Shown: positions 37,031 to 47,354 of the stretch, piece after piece
Position numbering within the stretch: position 1 is the stretch's first letter
How the letters are laid out: every line of letters begins with the position of its first letter
Assembly: GCA_964584305.1 (NCBI GenBank)
Contig: CAZOZL010000005.1
Location: 106,288 to 170,287 of the forward strand
Direction of reading: 5' to 3'
Length of the DNA: 64,000 bases
Source: an uncultured Burkholderiales bacterium
Lineage (GTDB): Bacteria > Bacteroidota > Bacteroidia > UBA8524
Translations under genes and position numbers: made by a program
The notes under the pieces: model-generated
The model's input: the letters and a program-made list of their open reading frames with translations, nothing else
What the model was told of the DNA's origin: nothing
The model's database searches: none

Positions 37031-39046
37031 TTATGTTTTAAGAAGTTTAAAATCCAACAAAATCTCAAGTCCTTCGTGTAGTATAAGGTCTTTGTGGTAT
37101 TTGCCTTTTTTCTCTAATTTTTTAACTTCTTTTTCACGCTTCTTGTTCTTTTTCTCGTTTTCTTTAATCTCATGCTTATACTTTGCAAATGATACACTCA
37201 CAAAAGTCCTTTGGCGAGAGGTTTTAAAGGTTTTAATATCTTCAATTAGATAGGAATACGCCGCTTCTTTTTTCATGCGTTTATCGTGCTTTTGTACTAA
37301 ACTGCTACGCACAGTAGTAAGGTTTGAAACCTTAGCGTAGTTTGTTCCCCGTATTTTATCCCAAGGCAAAGCATAGGGGCTTTCATCCTCTCCAAATTCT
37401 TTATCGGCATATATACTAGGAAATGCCACATCGGGTATTACACCTTTTATTTGTGTGCTGCTACCATTTATGCGGTAAAACTTGGCAATAGTAACTTTTA
37501 GTTGCCCTGCCTTCTCATCATCTTTAAATGACAGAAAACGGTTTAAATCTACTAAATTCTGTACCGTACCCTTGCCGTGTGTTTGCTCGCCTACAATAAC
37601 CCCTCTACTATAATCTTGTAATGCTGCTGCAACAATCTCGGAAGCACTGGCACTAAAACGGTTTACTAGTACTACTAATGGGCCGCCATAAGCCATACTC
37701 GCATCTCTATCTTTTTCTACATCAATAGAGCCATCAATATTTCGTATTTCTACTACAGCTCCTGTTTTAATAAACAAACCCGTAAGTTTTATAGCTTCAA
37801 GCAATGCGCCACCACCATTGTTACGTAAATCTAACACCACCCCATCAATACCTTTTTTGCTAAGGCTATCAATAATTTTTTTCACATCACGGCTGGTGCT
37901 TTTAAAATCTTTATCCCCTTTCCTCGCTCCTTTATAATCGTAGTAAAACGAGGGTACTTTTATTACCGCAGCTTTATAGGTTTTTTTACCCCTTTTTAGT
38001 TCTTTAATACTGCCTTTTGCTGCCTGCGCTTCCAGCTTAATTTTATCACGCACTATACGCACAATTTTATTAGGGTCGGTAGCACTTGCTTTAGCATCAA
38101 TCATTTTAAGGCGAACTACTGTTCCTTTTTTACCTCTTATGCGTGATACCACATCGTCAATACGCCAGCCTATCATGTCTTCAAATTCACCCGTATCACC
38201 CTGTGCAACGGCCACAATACGGTCGTTAGCAAATACTTCTCCGCTTTGATCGGCTGGTCCACCTTTTACTACTTCACGCACTTTGGTATATTCGCCTTCG
38301 GTTTGCAAGGTTGCTCCAATACCCTCAAGTGATAGTGATGAGTTAATATTAAAATCTTCGGCTACTCTTGGCGAAAAATAATTGGTATGTGGGTCAATAA
38401 TAGTAGTAAACGAGTTCATAAATAAGCCAAAAACATCCTCGTTTTTAGTTTTCACTAATTGCTTCCTAAAGTTATTATATCGCTTTCGTACCACATCTGA
38501 TGTTGTTTTCCAGTTTTTACCTGTTGCCAACATCCCTATACATTCATATTTAATTTTATTTTTCCAAAGGGTATTCATTTCCTCGTTTGTAGTGATCCAA
38601 TCGGCATTTTCTCTTTTAATCTGAAAAGAGTCATCGGTAGAAAAATCCATCGAGTCTTTTAGTAATTCAAACGTATAGCTAATGCGTTCATTGGCACGTT
38701 TCAAAAACCGATTATATACTTTAAAAGCAAAATCTATTTTGCCCGTTCGCAAATAGTCATCAATATCGGTTTCGTTTTTTCTAAACTCATCAATATCACT
38801 TTTTAAGAAAAACGACCTACTTCTATCCACATCAGCCAAAAACTCTTTCAATATTTTCTTACTCAATGCGTCATCAATTTCAATCTTGTGGTATGCACTA
38901 TTGCTTAAAAGTAAAGTAACTGTTTTGCTAATAGCACTATGTTTACCTTCGGGATTAACCTTAATAGATGATAATAAAACAGAATCTTGTGCTTGTGAAC
39001 TAAGCATCCAAAACACACCAACAACTATAAAAAATTTCTTTAACAT
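37031..39046 (-). CDS. S41A carboxy-terminal processing (tail-specific) peptidase
   Basis: Start moved to the ATG at 39046 (MLKKFFIVVGVFWMLSSQAQ). LDLRNNGGG, RFSASASEIVAAALQDY and a PDZ-like region are present. Confidence 0.85.
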   Translation of the reverse strand: MLKKFFIVVGVFWMLSSQAQDSVLLSSIKVNPEGKHSAISKTVTLLLSNSAYHKIEIDDALSKKILKEFLADVDRSRSFFLKSDIDEFRKNETDIDDYLRTGKIDFAFKVYNRFLKRANERISYTFELLKDSMDFSTDDSFQIKRENADWITTNEEMNTLWKNKIKYECIGMLATGKNWKTTSDVVRKRYNNFRKQLVKTKNEDVFGLFMNSFTTIIDPHTNYFSPRVAEDFNINSSLSLEGIGATLQTEGEYTKVREVVKGGPADQSGEVFANDRIVAVAQGDTGEFEDMIGWRIDDVVSRIRGKKGTVVRLKMIDAKASATDPNKIVRIVRDKIKLEAQAAKGSIKELKRGKKTYKAAVIKVPSFYYDYKGARKGDKDFKSTSRDVKKIIDSLSKKGIDGVVLDLRNNGGGALLEAIKLTGLFIKTGAVVEIRNIDGSIDVEKDRDASMAYGGPLVVLVNRFSASASEIVAAALQDYSRGVIVGEQTHGKGTVQNLVDLNRFLSFKDDEKAGQLKVTIAKFYRINGSSTQIKGVIPDVAFPSIYADKEFGEDESPYALPWDKIRGTNYAKVSNLTTVRSSLVQKHDKRMKKEAAYSYLIEDIKTFKTSRQRTFVSVSFAKYKHEIKENEKKNKKREKEVKKLEKKGKYHKDLILHEGLEILLDFKLLKT

Positions 39047-39382
39047 ATAATAATTTCTATAAACTGGTCTCACAAGGTTTATTCCAAAATACAAAAGTAC
39101 ATACCAAAATAGTACAAAAGGTAAATTTATGGGATTATAAATACGATAAGTTCGATGTATTTTTCGATTTAAAGGTAACTACCTACCTTTATGTTAACGT
39201 GCTGTGGTAACGCATCCCGATTATTGACGTAGACACAATTATCAAAAATCTCCCCTAATTATTAAAATAACGACCAATTTGATACTGAAAGATAGCAAAA
39301 TGTTCATGTTCAATAGGTGTGATATTTTGGGCGGTACTCTGTTAGACTAAATTTCGGAGGCTTGTGATAAAATATTCATAAG

Positions 39383-39410
39383 GTTGTGGCACAATGTTGG
39401 TAGTGGGGTT
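39383..39410 (-). repeat. Short degenerate relic of the repeat family (B/D junction)
   Basis: GTTGTGGCACAATGTTGGTAGTGGGGTT compared with 521-562 ATTGTGGTACA..CAATACATTGGTAGGGGTT. Confidence 0.35.
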
Positions 39411-39519
39411 GTGATGGGATGTGTAACCTTGCACTAACTACTCCTTAACCGTTCTTTTATAATATAAATAAAATCCCCTTGCTTAGTAAAACAGGCAGGG
39501 GGTATTTATACAAAAACGA

Positions 39520-40413
39520 ATGAAAAAAATACTTAAATTTATATTGCTACTTTTTTTTGGGTTTATAATTGTTCTCTCATGGAGTTTCATGCGTTCGGGC
39601 TATATTAGTACTGAGTATTTTCGACCTTCTATTATTGTAGTAGTATTTTTCGCACTAGGGTTTGTAGTAAAAATACCCAAGCTAAATTTAAAATTTTTTG
39701 ATATTGCTTTACTTTTGTTTCCCTCAATATTCATCGCATTTTTCACCTACTACTCACAGAAGTCAATGTTTTATTACGATTTGCCATTGCTTCCATTTTG
39801 GGCTACGCTCTCTTTTTTCTTGGGCAATTATTTATACAAACGCCCCCTTTTGTATGTACTACCCATTTTTACCCTCTTTTTCTTGTTAAGTAATGTGTTA
39901 TATGTAAAAAATATAGGGAATTGGGATTTTTTCATACAAAAAATCACATCAAAAAAAATAGCCTCCCATTTATATCAAAATACTATGGGCGAGCATTTAC
40001 TCACAAAAGACTCACTAAGCACCAATATAGCAAGCTATAAAGGCAAGGTAGTATTACTTGAGTTTTATACCAACAAGTGCGCTCCGTGCATACAACAGAT
40101 ACCTTTATTACAAAAATTGCAATCAAAATTTAATAAAAAAGACTTTGAGGTATTACTGATAAATACCAGCACAGGTGATAATTTTAAAGCTACTTATACC
40201 AGTAAATACTATACGGATGTGGGATTAAAAATACTTTATGATAAGGGTAGTAAACTCACCACTTTTTTAAACATACAAGGTGTTCCTCAACAGTTTTTAG
40301 TAGATAAAAAAGCCTTAATTATAAGCCATATTACAGGTTCTTCATCTTCTGTATCAGAAGTTAGAAGATATAAGATGTATGAGAAACTTATAGCAGAAAA
40401 CATTACGCAGTAA
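39520..40413 (+). CDS. TlpA-like thiol:disulfide oxidoreductase with N-terminal multi-TM domain
   Basis: About 4 TM helices, followed by a thioredoxin fold with VVLLEFYTNKCAPCIQQIP (CxxC). Confidence 0.7.
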   Translation: MKKILKFILLLFFGFIIVLSWSFMRSGYISTEYFRPSIIVVVFFALGFVVKIPKLNLKFFDIALLLFPSIFIAFFTYYSQKSMFYYDLPLLPFWATLSFFLGNYLYKRPLLYVLPIFTLFFLLSNVLYVKNIGNWDFFIQKITSKKIASHLYQNTMGEHLLTKDSLSTNIASYKGKVVLLEFYTNKCAPCIQQIPLLQKLQSKFNKKDFEVLLINTSTGDNFKATYTSKYYTDVGLKILYDKGSKLTTFLNIQGVPQQFLVDKKALIISHITGSSSSVSEVRRYKMYEKLIAENITQ

Positions 40414-40426
40414 CATTAAAAAGACC

Positions 40427-40545
40427 AATAGACATAAATGCCTATCCTAATTCATAAAGGTTTTATTAAGGTTATGAATAACAGTAGGTTTCAACCTATC
40501 GGTATGTTTTGCAACAGTTTTTAGACAGTTTTCCCACCCCACTGT
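40427..40545 (+). repeat. Degenerate module A plus junction motifs
   Basis: AATAGACATAAATGCCTATCC..AAGGTTATGAATAACAGTAGGTTTCAACCTATCGG..CAGTTTTTAGACAGTTTTCCCACCCC. Confidence 0.55.
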
Positions 40546-40641
40546 GGTGTAATCACTACATCAATAGCCTTACTATTAACAATTGTTTACGGCTTATAGT
40601 TTTACTTACTAATTTTTTGATGTTATTTTGAGTTTTATAAT

Positions 40642-42024
40642 ATGAAACAAAAATATTTACTACTTAGTCTGCTTTTTTTACTTTTTGTGGGGGCGTTTGC
40701 CCAAAATCCTAACTCGGATAGTGCTGTAATCAGAAGAATTTTTGACGAAGCTCTTTTGCGGGGTAGTAGTTACGAAATGCTGGGCGAATTGTGCAAAAAA
40801 GCACCGCATCGCCTTAGTGGAAGTAAAAATGCCGCTATTGCAGTGGAGTGGGCAAAAGCCAAAATGGAAAGTTTAGGTTTTGATACAGTTTTTCTCCAGC
40901 CAGTTATGGTGCCGCATTGGGTACGTGGCGAAAAAGAAGAGGCAAAAATTATAAACAAATCAGGCAAAAAGAAGGTGAATATTTGTGCGCTGGGCGGTAG
41001 TATTGGTACTGGCAAAAAGGGAATTAAAGCACAAGTATTAGAGGTAAATGGGATTGAAGATTTAGCAAAACTGGGGCGTGAAAAAGTAGAGGGGAAGATA
41101 GTTTTTTATAGTCGCCCAATGGATGCAAGGCATATACTTACCTTTCATGCCTACGGAGGCTGTGTTGACCAACGTGTTTGGGGTGCAAGTGAAGCCGCTA
41201 AATACGGTGCTAAAGGTGTAATTGTACGCTCTATGAACCTACGTACCGATGAGTTTCCGCACACGGGGGCAATGGCATATACTGATAGCATAACCAAAAT
41301 ACCAGCGGCAGCTATAAGTACACTACACGCTGACCAGTTGAGCCATTTATTACAAAACGAGCCTAATTTAGAGTTTTACTTTAAAATGAGCTGCGAAACC
41401 CTGCCCGATGAACTATCGTACAATGTGATAGGTGAAATTTGGGGAAGCGAGTTTCCTAATGAATATATAGTAGCAGGCGGACACTTGGACGCTTGGGACA
41501 ATGGCGAAGGCGCGCATGATGATGGTGCAGGAAGTGTACAATCTATTGAGGCAGTACGCTTATTTAAAGCAATGGGAAAACAACCCAAGCGAACTTTAAG
41601 AACCGTTTTGTTTATGAATGAAGAGAATGGTTTGCGAGGTGCGAAACTATATGCCGCAGTGGCTGATAGCTTGAAAATAAAACATATTGCCGCAATTGAA
41701 AGCGATGCAGGTGGGTTTGCCCCAAGAGGTTTTAGGCTGGATGGTGATAGCGCAAGAAAAGAGAAAGTGAGAGGCTGGAAAAAATTATTATTGCCTTATG
41801 GCTTATATGATTTTAGAGACGGGGGCAGTGGTGCTGATGTGGGACAACTGAAAAAAACACAACAACCCATATTATTAGCAGGGTTTATGCCCGACTCGCA
41901 ACGGTATTTTGATTACCACCACGCCAACACTGATACGTTTGCAGCCGTCAATAAAAGAGAGTTAGAATTGGGCGCAGCATCAATAGCTGCATTAATGTAT
42001 TTAATAAGCGAATATGGATTTTAA
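40642..42024 (+). CDS. M28-family metallopeptidase (with PA-like insert)
   Basis: Signal peptide present. GGHLDAWDNGEGAHDDGAG, MNEENGLRGA and a later H are the zinc ligands. Confidence 0.8.
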   Translation: MKQKYLLLSLLFLLFVGAFAQNPNSDSAVIRRIFDEALLRGSSYEMLGELCKKAPHRLSGSKNAAIAVEWAKAKMESLGFDTVFLQPVMVPHWVRGEKEEAKIINKSGKKKVNICALGGSIGTGKKGIKAQVLEVNGIEDLAKLGREKVEGKIVFYSRPMDARHILTFHAYGGCVDQRVWGASEAAKYGAKGVIVRSMNLRTDEFPHTGAMAYTDSITKIPAAAISTLHADQLSHLLQNEPNLEFYFKMSCETLPDELSYNVIGEIWGSEFPNEYIVAGGHLDAWDNGEGAHDDGAGSVQSIEAVRLFKAMGKQPKRTLRTVLFMNEENGLRGAKLYAAVADSLKIKHIAAIESDAGGFAPRGFRLDGDSARKEKVRGWKKLLLPYGLYDFRDGGSGADVGQLKKTQQPILLAGFMPDSQRYFDYHHANTDTFAAVNKRELELGAASIAALMYLISEYGF

Positions 42025-43684
42025 GTTGAAAGCGTTTTTTTTATCATTAGGATTTGCTTTTTGCACTTTTGCACTAATAGCGCAACCTATTGCTATAAAA
42101 CAAAATTTACCCGCAATTGATACTACTAAGGTATATACTATAAATGGGTACAATGCAGCACAATTGGATGCAGTGGATAACCCTCCTACTAAGTACAATC
42201 AAATTTTAAATATAGGGCGTTTGCTTCCTGCACAAATTACCACTCAAAATAGTGGGCAATGGAATGCAACAAGAAATGGGCGTGTTTGGCGATTGAAAAT
42301 AAAAGCTAATAAGGCAAAAGGAATAGCCCTTTTTGGTAAAGTAAAATATATGCCGAAAGGTGCTGTGCTAAACTTATACAATACTACTGGTAGCCAATGG
42401 GTAAATACCTACACCGCTCAAAATTTTAAAAACCATCCCATACTTTCTACTGAAACAGTGATGGGCGAAGAAGCTATTTTAGAATATTTTGAACCTTATG
42501 GAGTAGATAAAACAGCTAAATTTACCATAGAGGGTATAGGGTATATTTATCGCCAAGAAAAAAGAGGAAATGGATTTCAGAGGAAAGCCTTTGGACAATC
42601 AGGTGCTTGCCAAGTAAATATTAATTGCCCCGAAGGTGATAATTGGACTCACCAAAAAAGAGCGATAGTTCAAATGCGTGTAGTTAGAGATTTTGTTATT
42701 GGTACTTGTACAGGTGTTTTAGTAAGAACCACCGATAGAAAATACAAACCGTATTTGCTTACGGCAATGCACTGCGCCCTTACACCCGCAGAGGATACTA
42801 TTATAAACGATACCATGTTTGCCTATTGGCAGTTTAAGTTTAATTATGAGTCGCCTACTTGTGCCAACCCGTTTAATGATAGTGGGTTTAATAAACAAAT
42901 TATAATAGGAGCAGAAGTTTTATCGCATAGCGATGATTTGGGGGGCGAATTGGGGTCAGATTTTATACTATTAGAACTTAGCACAGTAGTCCCATCAGCA
43001 TATAGAGCATATTACGCAGGCTGGAATTTGGATACCGTGCGCCAGTACGATAGTGGGGCGTGTATTCACCATCCTAATGGAGATATAAGAAAAATATCTA
43101 CCTATAAATGGCCTTTATCTTTTAATAAGCCATTTTTAACCTCGCCCGATAATACACACTGGGAGGTAATTTGGAGTGCCACAGGCAATGGGCATGGGGT
43201 TACAGAACCCGGCTCGTCAGGTGCGCCATTGTTTGATGATAATGGGCTAATTGTAGGCACACTTACAGGGGGGCTGTCAAAATGCAGCAACACATCGGGT
43301 ACAGATTTGTTTGGGCGGATGGACTGGCATTGGATTAGAAACGGTACAGACTCTACCCGTCAGTTAAAATATTGGCTCGACCCTGAAAATACAGGTATAA
43401 CAAGTTTTAACGGCTCGTATGATGAGATAAGAAGTGTTATAACTGCCCAAGTCTTGCCTTTGCAGCTATTTCCCAATCCAGTAAAAAATATGCTTGATTT
43501 TAATAGCCAATTTTTAAATAACACCAACTATCAAATACAAATAGTTGATATTTTGGGCAAAACACATATTAATACTATAACTACTGTAAATAGTGTGAAT
43601 GTAACACAGCTTCCAGCAGGTATTTATTTTATTTCTATCAGCGAAAAAAACAACTATTTTGCAGGAAAATTCATCAAACAATAA
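42014..43684 (+). CDS. S1-family trypsin-like (lysyl/glutamyl endopeptidase-like) serine peptidase with T9SS type-A CTD
   Basis: LLTAMHCA (His), SDFILLEL (Asp) and EPGSSGAPLF (Ser). The CTD is LQLFPNPVKNMLDF..GIYFISISE. It overlaps the M28 gene by 11 nt. Confidence 0.8.
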   Translation: MDFKLKAFFLSLGFAFCTFALIAQPIAIKQNLPAIDTTKVYTINGYNAAQLDAVDNPPTKYNQILNIGRLLPAQITTQNSGQWNATRNGRVWRLKIKANKAKGIALFGKVKYMPKGAVLNLYNTTGSQWVNTYTAQNFKNHPILSTETVMGEEAILEYFEPYGVDKTAKFTIEGIGYIYRQEKRGNGFQRKAFGQSGACQVNINCPEGDNWTHQKRAIVQMRVVRDFVIGTCTGVLVRTTDRKYKPYLLTAMHCALTPAEDTIINDTMFAYWQFKFNYESPTCANPFNDSGFNKQIIIGAEVLSHSDDLGGELGSDFILLELSTVVPSAYRAYYAGWNLDTVRQYDSGACIHHPNGDIRKISTYKWPLSFNKPFLTSPDNTHWEVIWSATGNGHGVTEPGSSGAPLFDDNGLIVGTLTGGLSKCSNTSGTDLFGRMDWHWIRNGTDSTRQLKYWLDPENTGITSFNGSYDEIRSVITAQVLPLQLFPNPVKNMLDFNSQFLNNTNYQIQIVDILGKTHINTITTVNSVNVTQLPAGIYFISISEKNNYFAGKFIKQ

Positions 43685-44185
43685 ATGAGTAGAGTTTTTA
43701 TAATAAGTATATTTGTAATAAGTATTTTTTTGGGATGTAAAAGTTCTAAAAATATTTCAAAATATAACAGCCCACATACTGATACTTTAAAAATTGCAGT
43801 AAACTATCAGGCGGACTCGGTAGAATTATTTGTAAAAAAAATAATAGAAAGCGATAGTCTTTTTAATTTAAAAAAAAGAGCTATGGGCTACTCACTTGTT
43901 GGCGCAAAACAAAAAGACAGTATATTATACCTCACTATTAAAAGCTATAATGGCTGTACAAAAATGGACTTTGATTTATACCAAAATAGCTTTGTTTTTA
44001 AATCATACCCACCAAGGTTGCGGATGCGCTTGGCAAAAACCAATGAAAAAAAATGCAATAGCGAAAATGAGGGGAGAGTAACCCTGTTTACTGCCGCTTT
44101 TGATATACGTGCTATTGTAAATGAGTATAAGAAAGTTCACTTAATTTTTGCAGGCACAGGAGTAGTAACCACACTAAAAAAATAA
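43685..44185 (+). CDS. Hypothetical lipoprotein
   Basis: Lipobox IFLGC. The start abuts the S1 peptidase stop (TAAATG). 166 aa, no recognisable motif. Confidence 0.5.
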   Translation: MSRVFIISIFVISIFLGCKSSKNISKYNSPHTDTLKIAVNYQADSVELFVKKIIESDSLFNLKKRAMGYSLVGAKQKDSILYLTIKSYNGCTKMDFDLYQNSFVFKSYPPRLRMRLAKTNEKKCNSENEGRVTLFTAAFDIRAIVNEYKKVHLIFAGTGVVTTLKK

Positions 44186-44848
44186 TTACTTTTTCATATT
44201 GGCAAAGTGCAACGCCAACTCATCGGGTAAAACACTAAAGTGTTTTACAAAAGCACTCCAATACATTTTGCGGGTTAAGCGCACTTTTTTGCGTAAATAC
44301 TGCCCGCCTATATGCTTCATATTTTTATCATACACATCAAAGTGTACAAGCAGCAGATAGTTTTTTGTAGCTATCCATTTTCTAAAAAAATTAGCACCCA
44401 CATCTACCTTATTAATAAAAATGATATAGTCGGCAGAATCAGCAGTAATATATAGATTGTAATATTCTTTATTAGTGGCATCAATCTTTGTTGCCAAATA
44501 TTTTTTATTATCTAATTTTTTTTGTGTCATTGAGTCGTACGAAAACCATTTGCTTACCTCATACTTGCGTACTGTGTTTACATTATTATTCACCCCACCC
44601 AAAGGTTTGTAACCATTGGCTACAAGCTGCTGTGTCAAAATATTATAAAACTGATATTTTAGGGTTAAAAACCTCATAGTAGAGGAATCTGATGCTCCTT
44701 TTTTATCGTTTTTAAGAAAAGTATGAGGTATGCTTATTTTTTCATCTTCTGGGAAAATAATGAGTACTTTTTTTTGGGCTAAAAGTATCGTAGGGAATAA
44801 AAACAAGAAGGCAGTAAATAATTGGGCAAATGTATATTTGAGTTGCAT
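44186..44848 (-). CDS. Hypothetical exported protein
   Basis: Start moved to the ATG at 44848 (MQLKYTFAQLFTAFLFLFPTILLAQ). There is a 1-nt gap after the upstream MBL gene stop. Confidence 0.45.
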   Translation of the reverse strand: MQLKYTFAQLFTAFLFLFPTILLAQKKVLIIFPEDEKISIPHTFLKNDKKGASDSSTMRFLTLKYQFYNILTQQLVANGYKPLGGVNNNVNTVRKYEVSKWFSYDSMTQKKLDNKKYLATKIDATNKEYYNLYITADSADYIIFINKVDVGANFFRKWIATKNYLLLVHFDVYDKNMKHIGGQYLRKKVRLTRKMYWSAFVKHFSVLPDELALHFANMKK

Positions 44849-44849
44849 A

Positions 44850-45698
44850 TTATAAAACAGAAAGTTTAAAGGTTTTGTCCACTCTTGCGCCACGTTCGGT
44901 TTGTTTTAGTATGGCGCACTCATACACGGGGTCATGCTCAAAAAATAAGATATAGTTGTTTTCTATTGCTTTTGTGTTAAATGTCTCACGTTCTGCCATA
45001 GTATCAAGCGGGCGAATATCGTACCCTAAAGCATAAGAGGGTTTTATATGATGGGTAGAAGGCATTAAATCAGCCATAAATACAATAGTTTTATCACCAT
45101 ATTGTATTTTTGGCATCATCATAGCCTCGGTATGTCCGTACCCTAAAAACACACTCACAGTATCACTAATTTTTAAGTCATTGCCTACAAATTTCAATAT
45201 TCCAGCTTCTTTCATAGGCAGCAGGTTTTCTTTTAAAAACGATGCTTTTTCTCGTGGATTTGGATTAAGTGCGTGTTGCCATTGTTTTTCATACGTCCAA
45301 TATGTCGCATTTTTAAAGGCAGGTTCGTAGCCTGTTTTATCGCTGTTCCAAACTATGCTGCCGCCGCAATGGTCAAAGTGTAAATGGGTATGCAGCACAT
45401 CTGTTATATCTTCTTTAGTAAAACCATAGCTGTTTAACGATTTTTCTAAAGTATCGTTACCGTTTAGATAATAGTAACCAAAAAATTTATCATCTTGTTT
45501 ATCGCCCATGCCCGTATCAATCAAAATCAGCCTATCGCCATCTTGCACTAGCATACACCGCATTGCCCAGTTGCATAGGTTATTTTCATCAGCAGGGTGC
45601 AGTCTGTTCCAAATTACTTTGGGTACAACGCCAAACATAGCCCCACCATCCAACTTAAAATACCCCGTGTTAATGGTATATAGTTTCATAAGCCTCAA
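44850..45698 (-). CDS. MBL-fold metallo-hydrolase
   Basis: HTHLHFDHCGG motif; 282 aa. Confidence 0.8.
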   Translation of the reverse strand: MRLMKLYTINTGYFKLDGGAMFGVVPKVIWNRLHPADENNLCNWAMRCMLVQDGDRLILIDTGMGDKQDDKFFGYYYLNGNDTLEKSLNSYGFTKEDITDVLHTHLHFDHCGGSIVWNSDKTGYEPAFKNATYWTYEKQWQHALNPNPREKASFLKENLLPMKEAGILKFVGNDLKISDTVSVFLGYGHTEAMMMPKIQYGDKTIVFMADLMPSTHHIKPSYALGYDIRPLDTMAERETFNTKAIENNYILFFEHDPVYECAILKQTERGARVDKTFKLSVL

Positions 45699-45841
45699 TA
45701 TTAGTTAGATTGTAAGGATATAGCAAAAGAGATTATGATAATTAATGTATTCACCCGTAGTGCAGTATAATATAACTTTGAAAGCAGCATCTTTATTAGC
45801 TATTGGCTGTTTTGCCTTTAGCCTTTGGTGCGATGGGCAGA

Positions 45842-46115
45842 CAGAATAGGCATGAATGCCCATTCTATACATAAAGTTTTTTGTTAAGGTTATTAAATTG
45901 CGGCAGGTTTCAACCTGCTGCAAGAAAATGCCTGAACGATGTGAATGACAGTTTTACACCTCCCTTTCATCCCTCCTTCTTAGGAGGGAAACCGCCGCAC
46001 AGGCTTTTTATTAATCCTTGCCAATGTATTGCAGTTTTTACTTGTACTACAATTTAGCCTCCCCTTAAGGGGAGGCGCACTTATTTGGTGTGCTAATAGT
46101 TAATTTGGAAGGGGT
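45842..46115 (+). repeat. Composite repeat A-C-B
   Basis: Hairpin 1 is at 45843-45866 and hairpin 2 at 45898-45923. Module C starts at 45949 and module B at 46032, with GCCTCCCC-ttaa-GGGGAGGC at 46057-46076. It is collinear with 36688-36937. Confidence 0.85.
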
Positions 46116-46248
46116 AGCGTTGAAAACCCCGTCATTGAGAAGAACCCACCATAGTCCAACTCCGCCCACTATTACAGCTTACCCACACACGCCAGTAGTC
46201 GTACCATCCCTGATAGCTTGTTGCAAAATTAAAAGTTAATACAATCTA

Positions 46249-47274
46249 TTACTGGTCGCCTACCTCAACTTTTACTTGCAAACCTACTTGAGATTTTTCT
46301 CTGATTTTAGCATCAATTTCTTCATACAGTTCTATATTGTCTAACAAAAGTGTACGTACAGCTTCACGTCCTTGCCCTAATTTGGTTTCGTTATAACTAA
46401 ACCACGAGCCACTTTTCTTTATAATATCATACTCTACCCCCATATCTATCACTTCACCTACGCGCGAAATACCTTGCCCGTACAATATATCAAACTCAAC
46501 TACTCTAAATGGAGGGGCAACCTTATTTTTAGCGACCTTTACTTTGGTACGATTACCCACTATCTCCAGTCCTTCTTTTATCTGCCCAATACGGCGAATA
46601 TCTATACGTACAGAAGCATAAAATTTAAGAGCATTACCTCCCGTAGTAGTTTCAGGATTGCCAAACATTACCCCTATTTTTTCACGCAACTGGTTAATAA
46701 ATATACAAATACAACCTGTTTTGTGAATAGTACCTGTAAGTTTTCGCAAGGCTTGCGACATTAAGCGGGCTTGCAAACCCATTTTGCTATCGCCCATGTC
46801 TCCGTCAATTTCTGCTCGGGGTACTAATGCCGCCACAGAGTCTATTACCAATACATCAATAGCACCTGAACGGATTAGGTTATCCGCTATTTCTAATGCT
46901 TGTTCCCCATCATCAGGCTGCGAGATTAATAAATTATCGGTATCAATGCCTAAGGCTTCTGCATAGGCTTTATCAAAAGCGTGTTCAGCATCAACTATTG
47001 CACAAATACCGCCTTTTTTCTGTGCTTCGGCAATACAGTGCATTGCCAAAGTTGTTTTACCCGATGATTCTGGTCCATATATCTCTACTACTCTACCTTT
47101 GGGAAAACCGCCCACCCCTAATGCTATATCTAAACCTAATGAACCTGTGGGTATAACATCAATATCTACTACACGGTCATCACTCATTTTCATTACAATT
47201 CCTTTTCCGTATGATTTCTCTAAACGGTCGATAGTTGATTGTAAAACTTTTAATTTTTCTTTATTATCAGACAT
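46249..47274 (-). CDS. recA: Recombinase RecA
   Basis: [11 protein letters not shown] Walker A and an overall canonical RecA sequence. Confidence 0.95.
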   Translation of the reverse strand: MSDNKEKLKVLQSTIDRLEKSYGKGIVMKMSDDRVVDIDVIPTGSLGLDIALGVGGFPKGRVVEIYGPESSGKTTLAMHCIAEAQKKGGICAIVDAEHAFDKAYAEALGIDTDNLLISQPDDGEQALEIADNLIRSGAIDVLVIDSVAALVPRAEIDGDMGDSKMGLQARLMSQALRKLTGTIHKTGCICIFINQLREKIGVMFGNPETTTGGNALKFYASVRIDIRRIGQIKEGLEIVGNRTKVKVAKNKVAPPFRVVEFDILYGQGISRVGEVIDMGVEYDIIKKSGSWFSYNETKLGQGREAVRTLLLDNIELYEEIDAKIREKSQVGLQVKVEVGDQ

Positions 47275-47354
47275 TTTTATCGTTTATTTCGTTAGCAAAT
47301 ATAAACATCATTTTAAGTAATCCATTATATTTTGTTTATTTTTTCACCAAAATA

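Noticed and set aside
47235-47354. Apparent 40-nt overlap of the M23 peptidase ORF with the recA 5' end
   Set aside because: This is an artefact of the longest-ORF call. The ATG at 47355 gives a normal signal-anchor N-terminus (MFKIKTFKKILLIF..) and removes the overlap.
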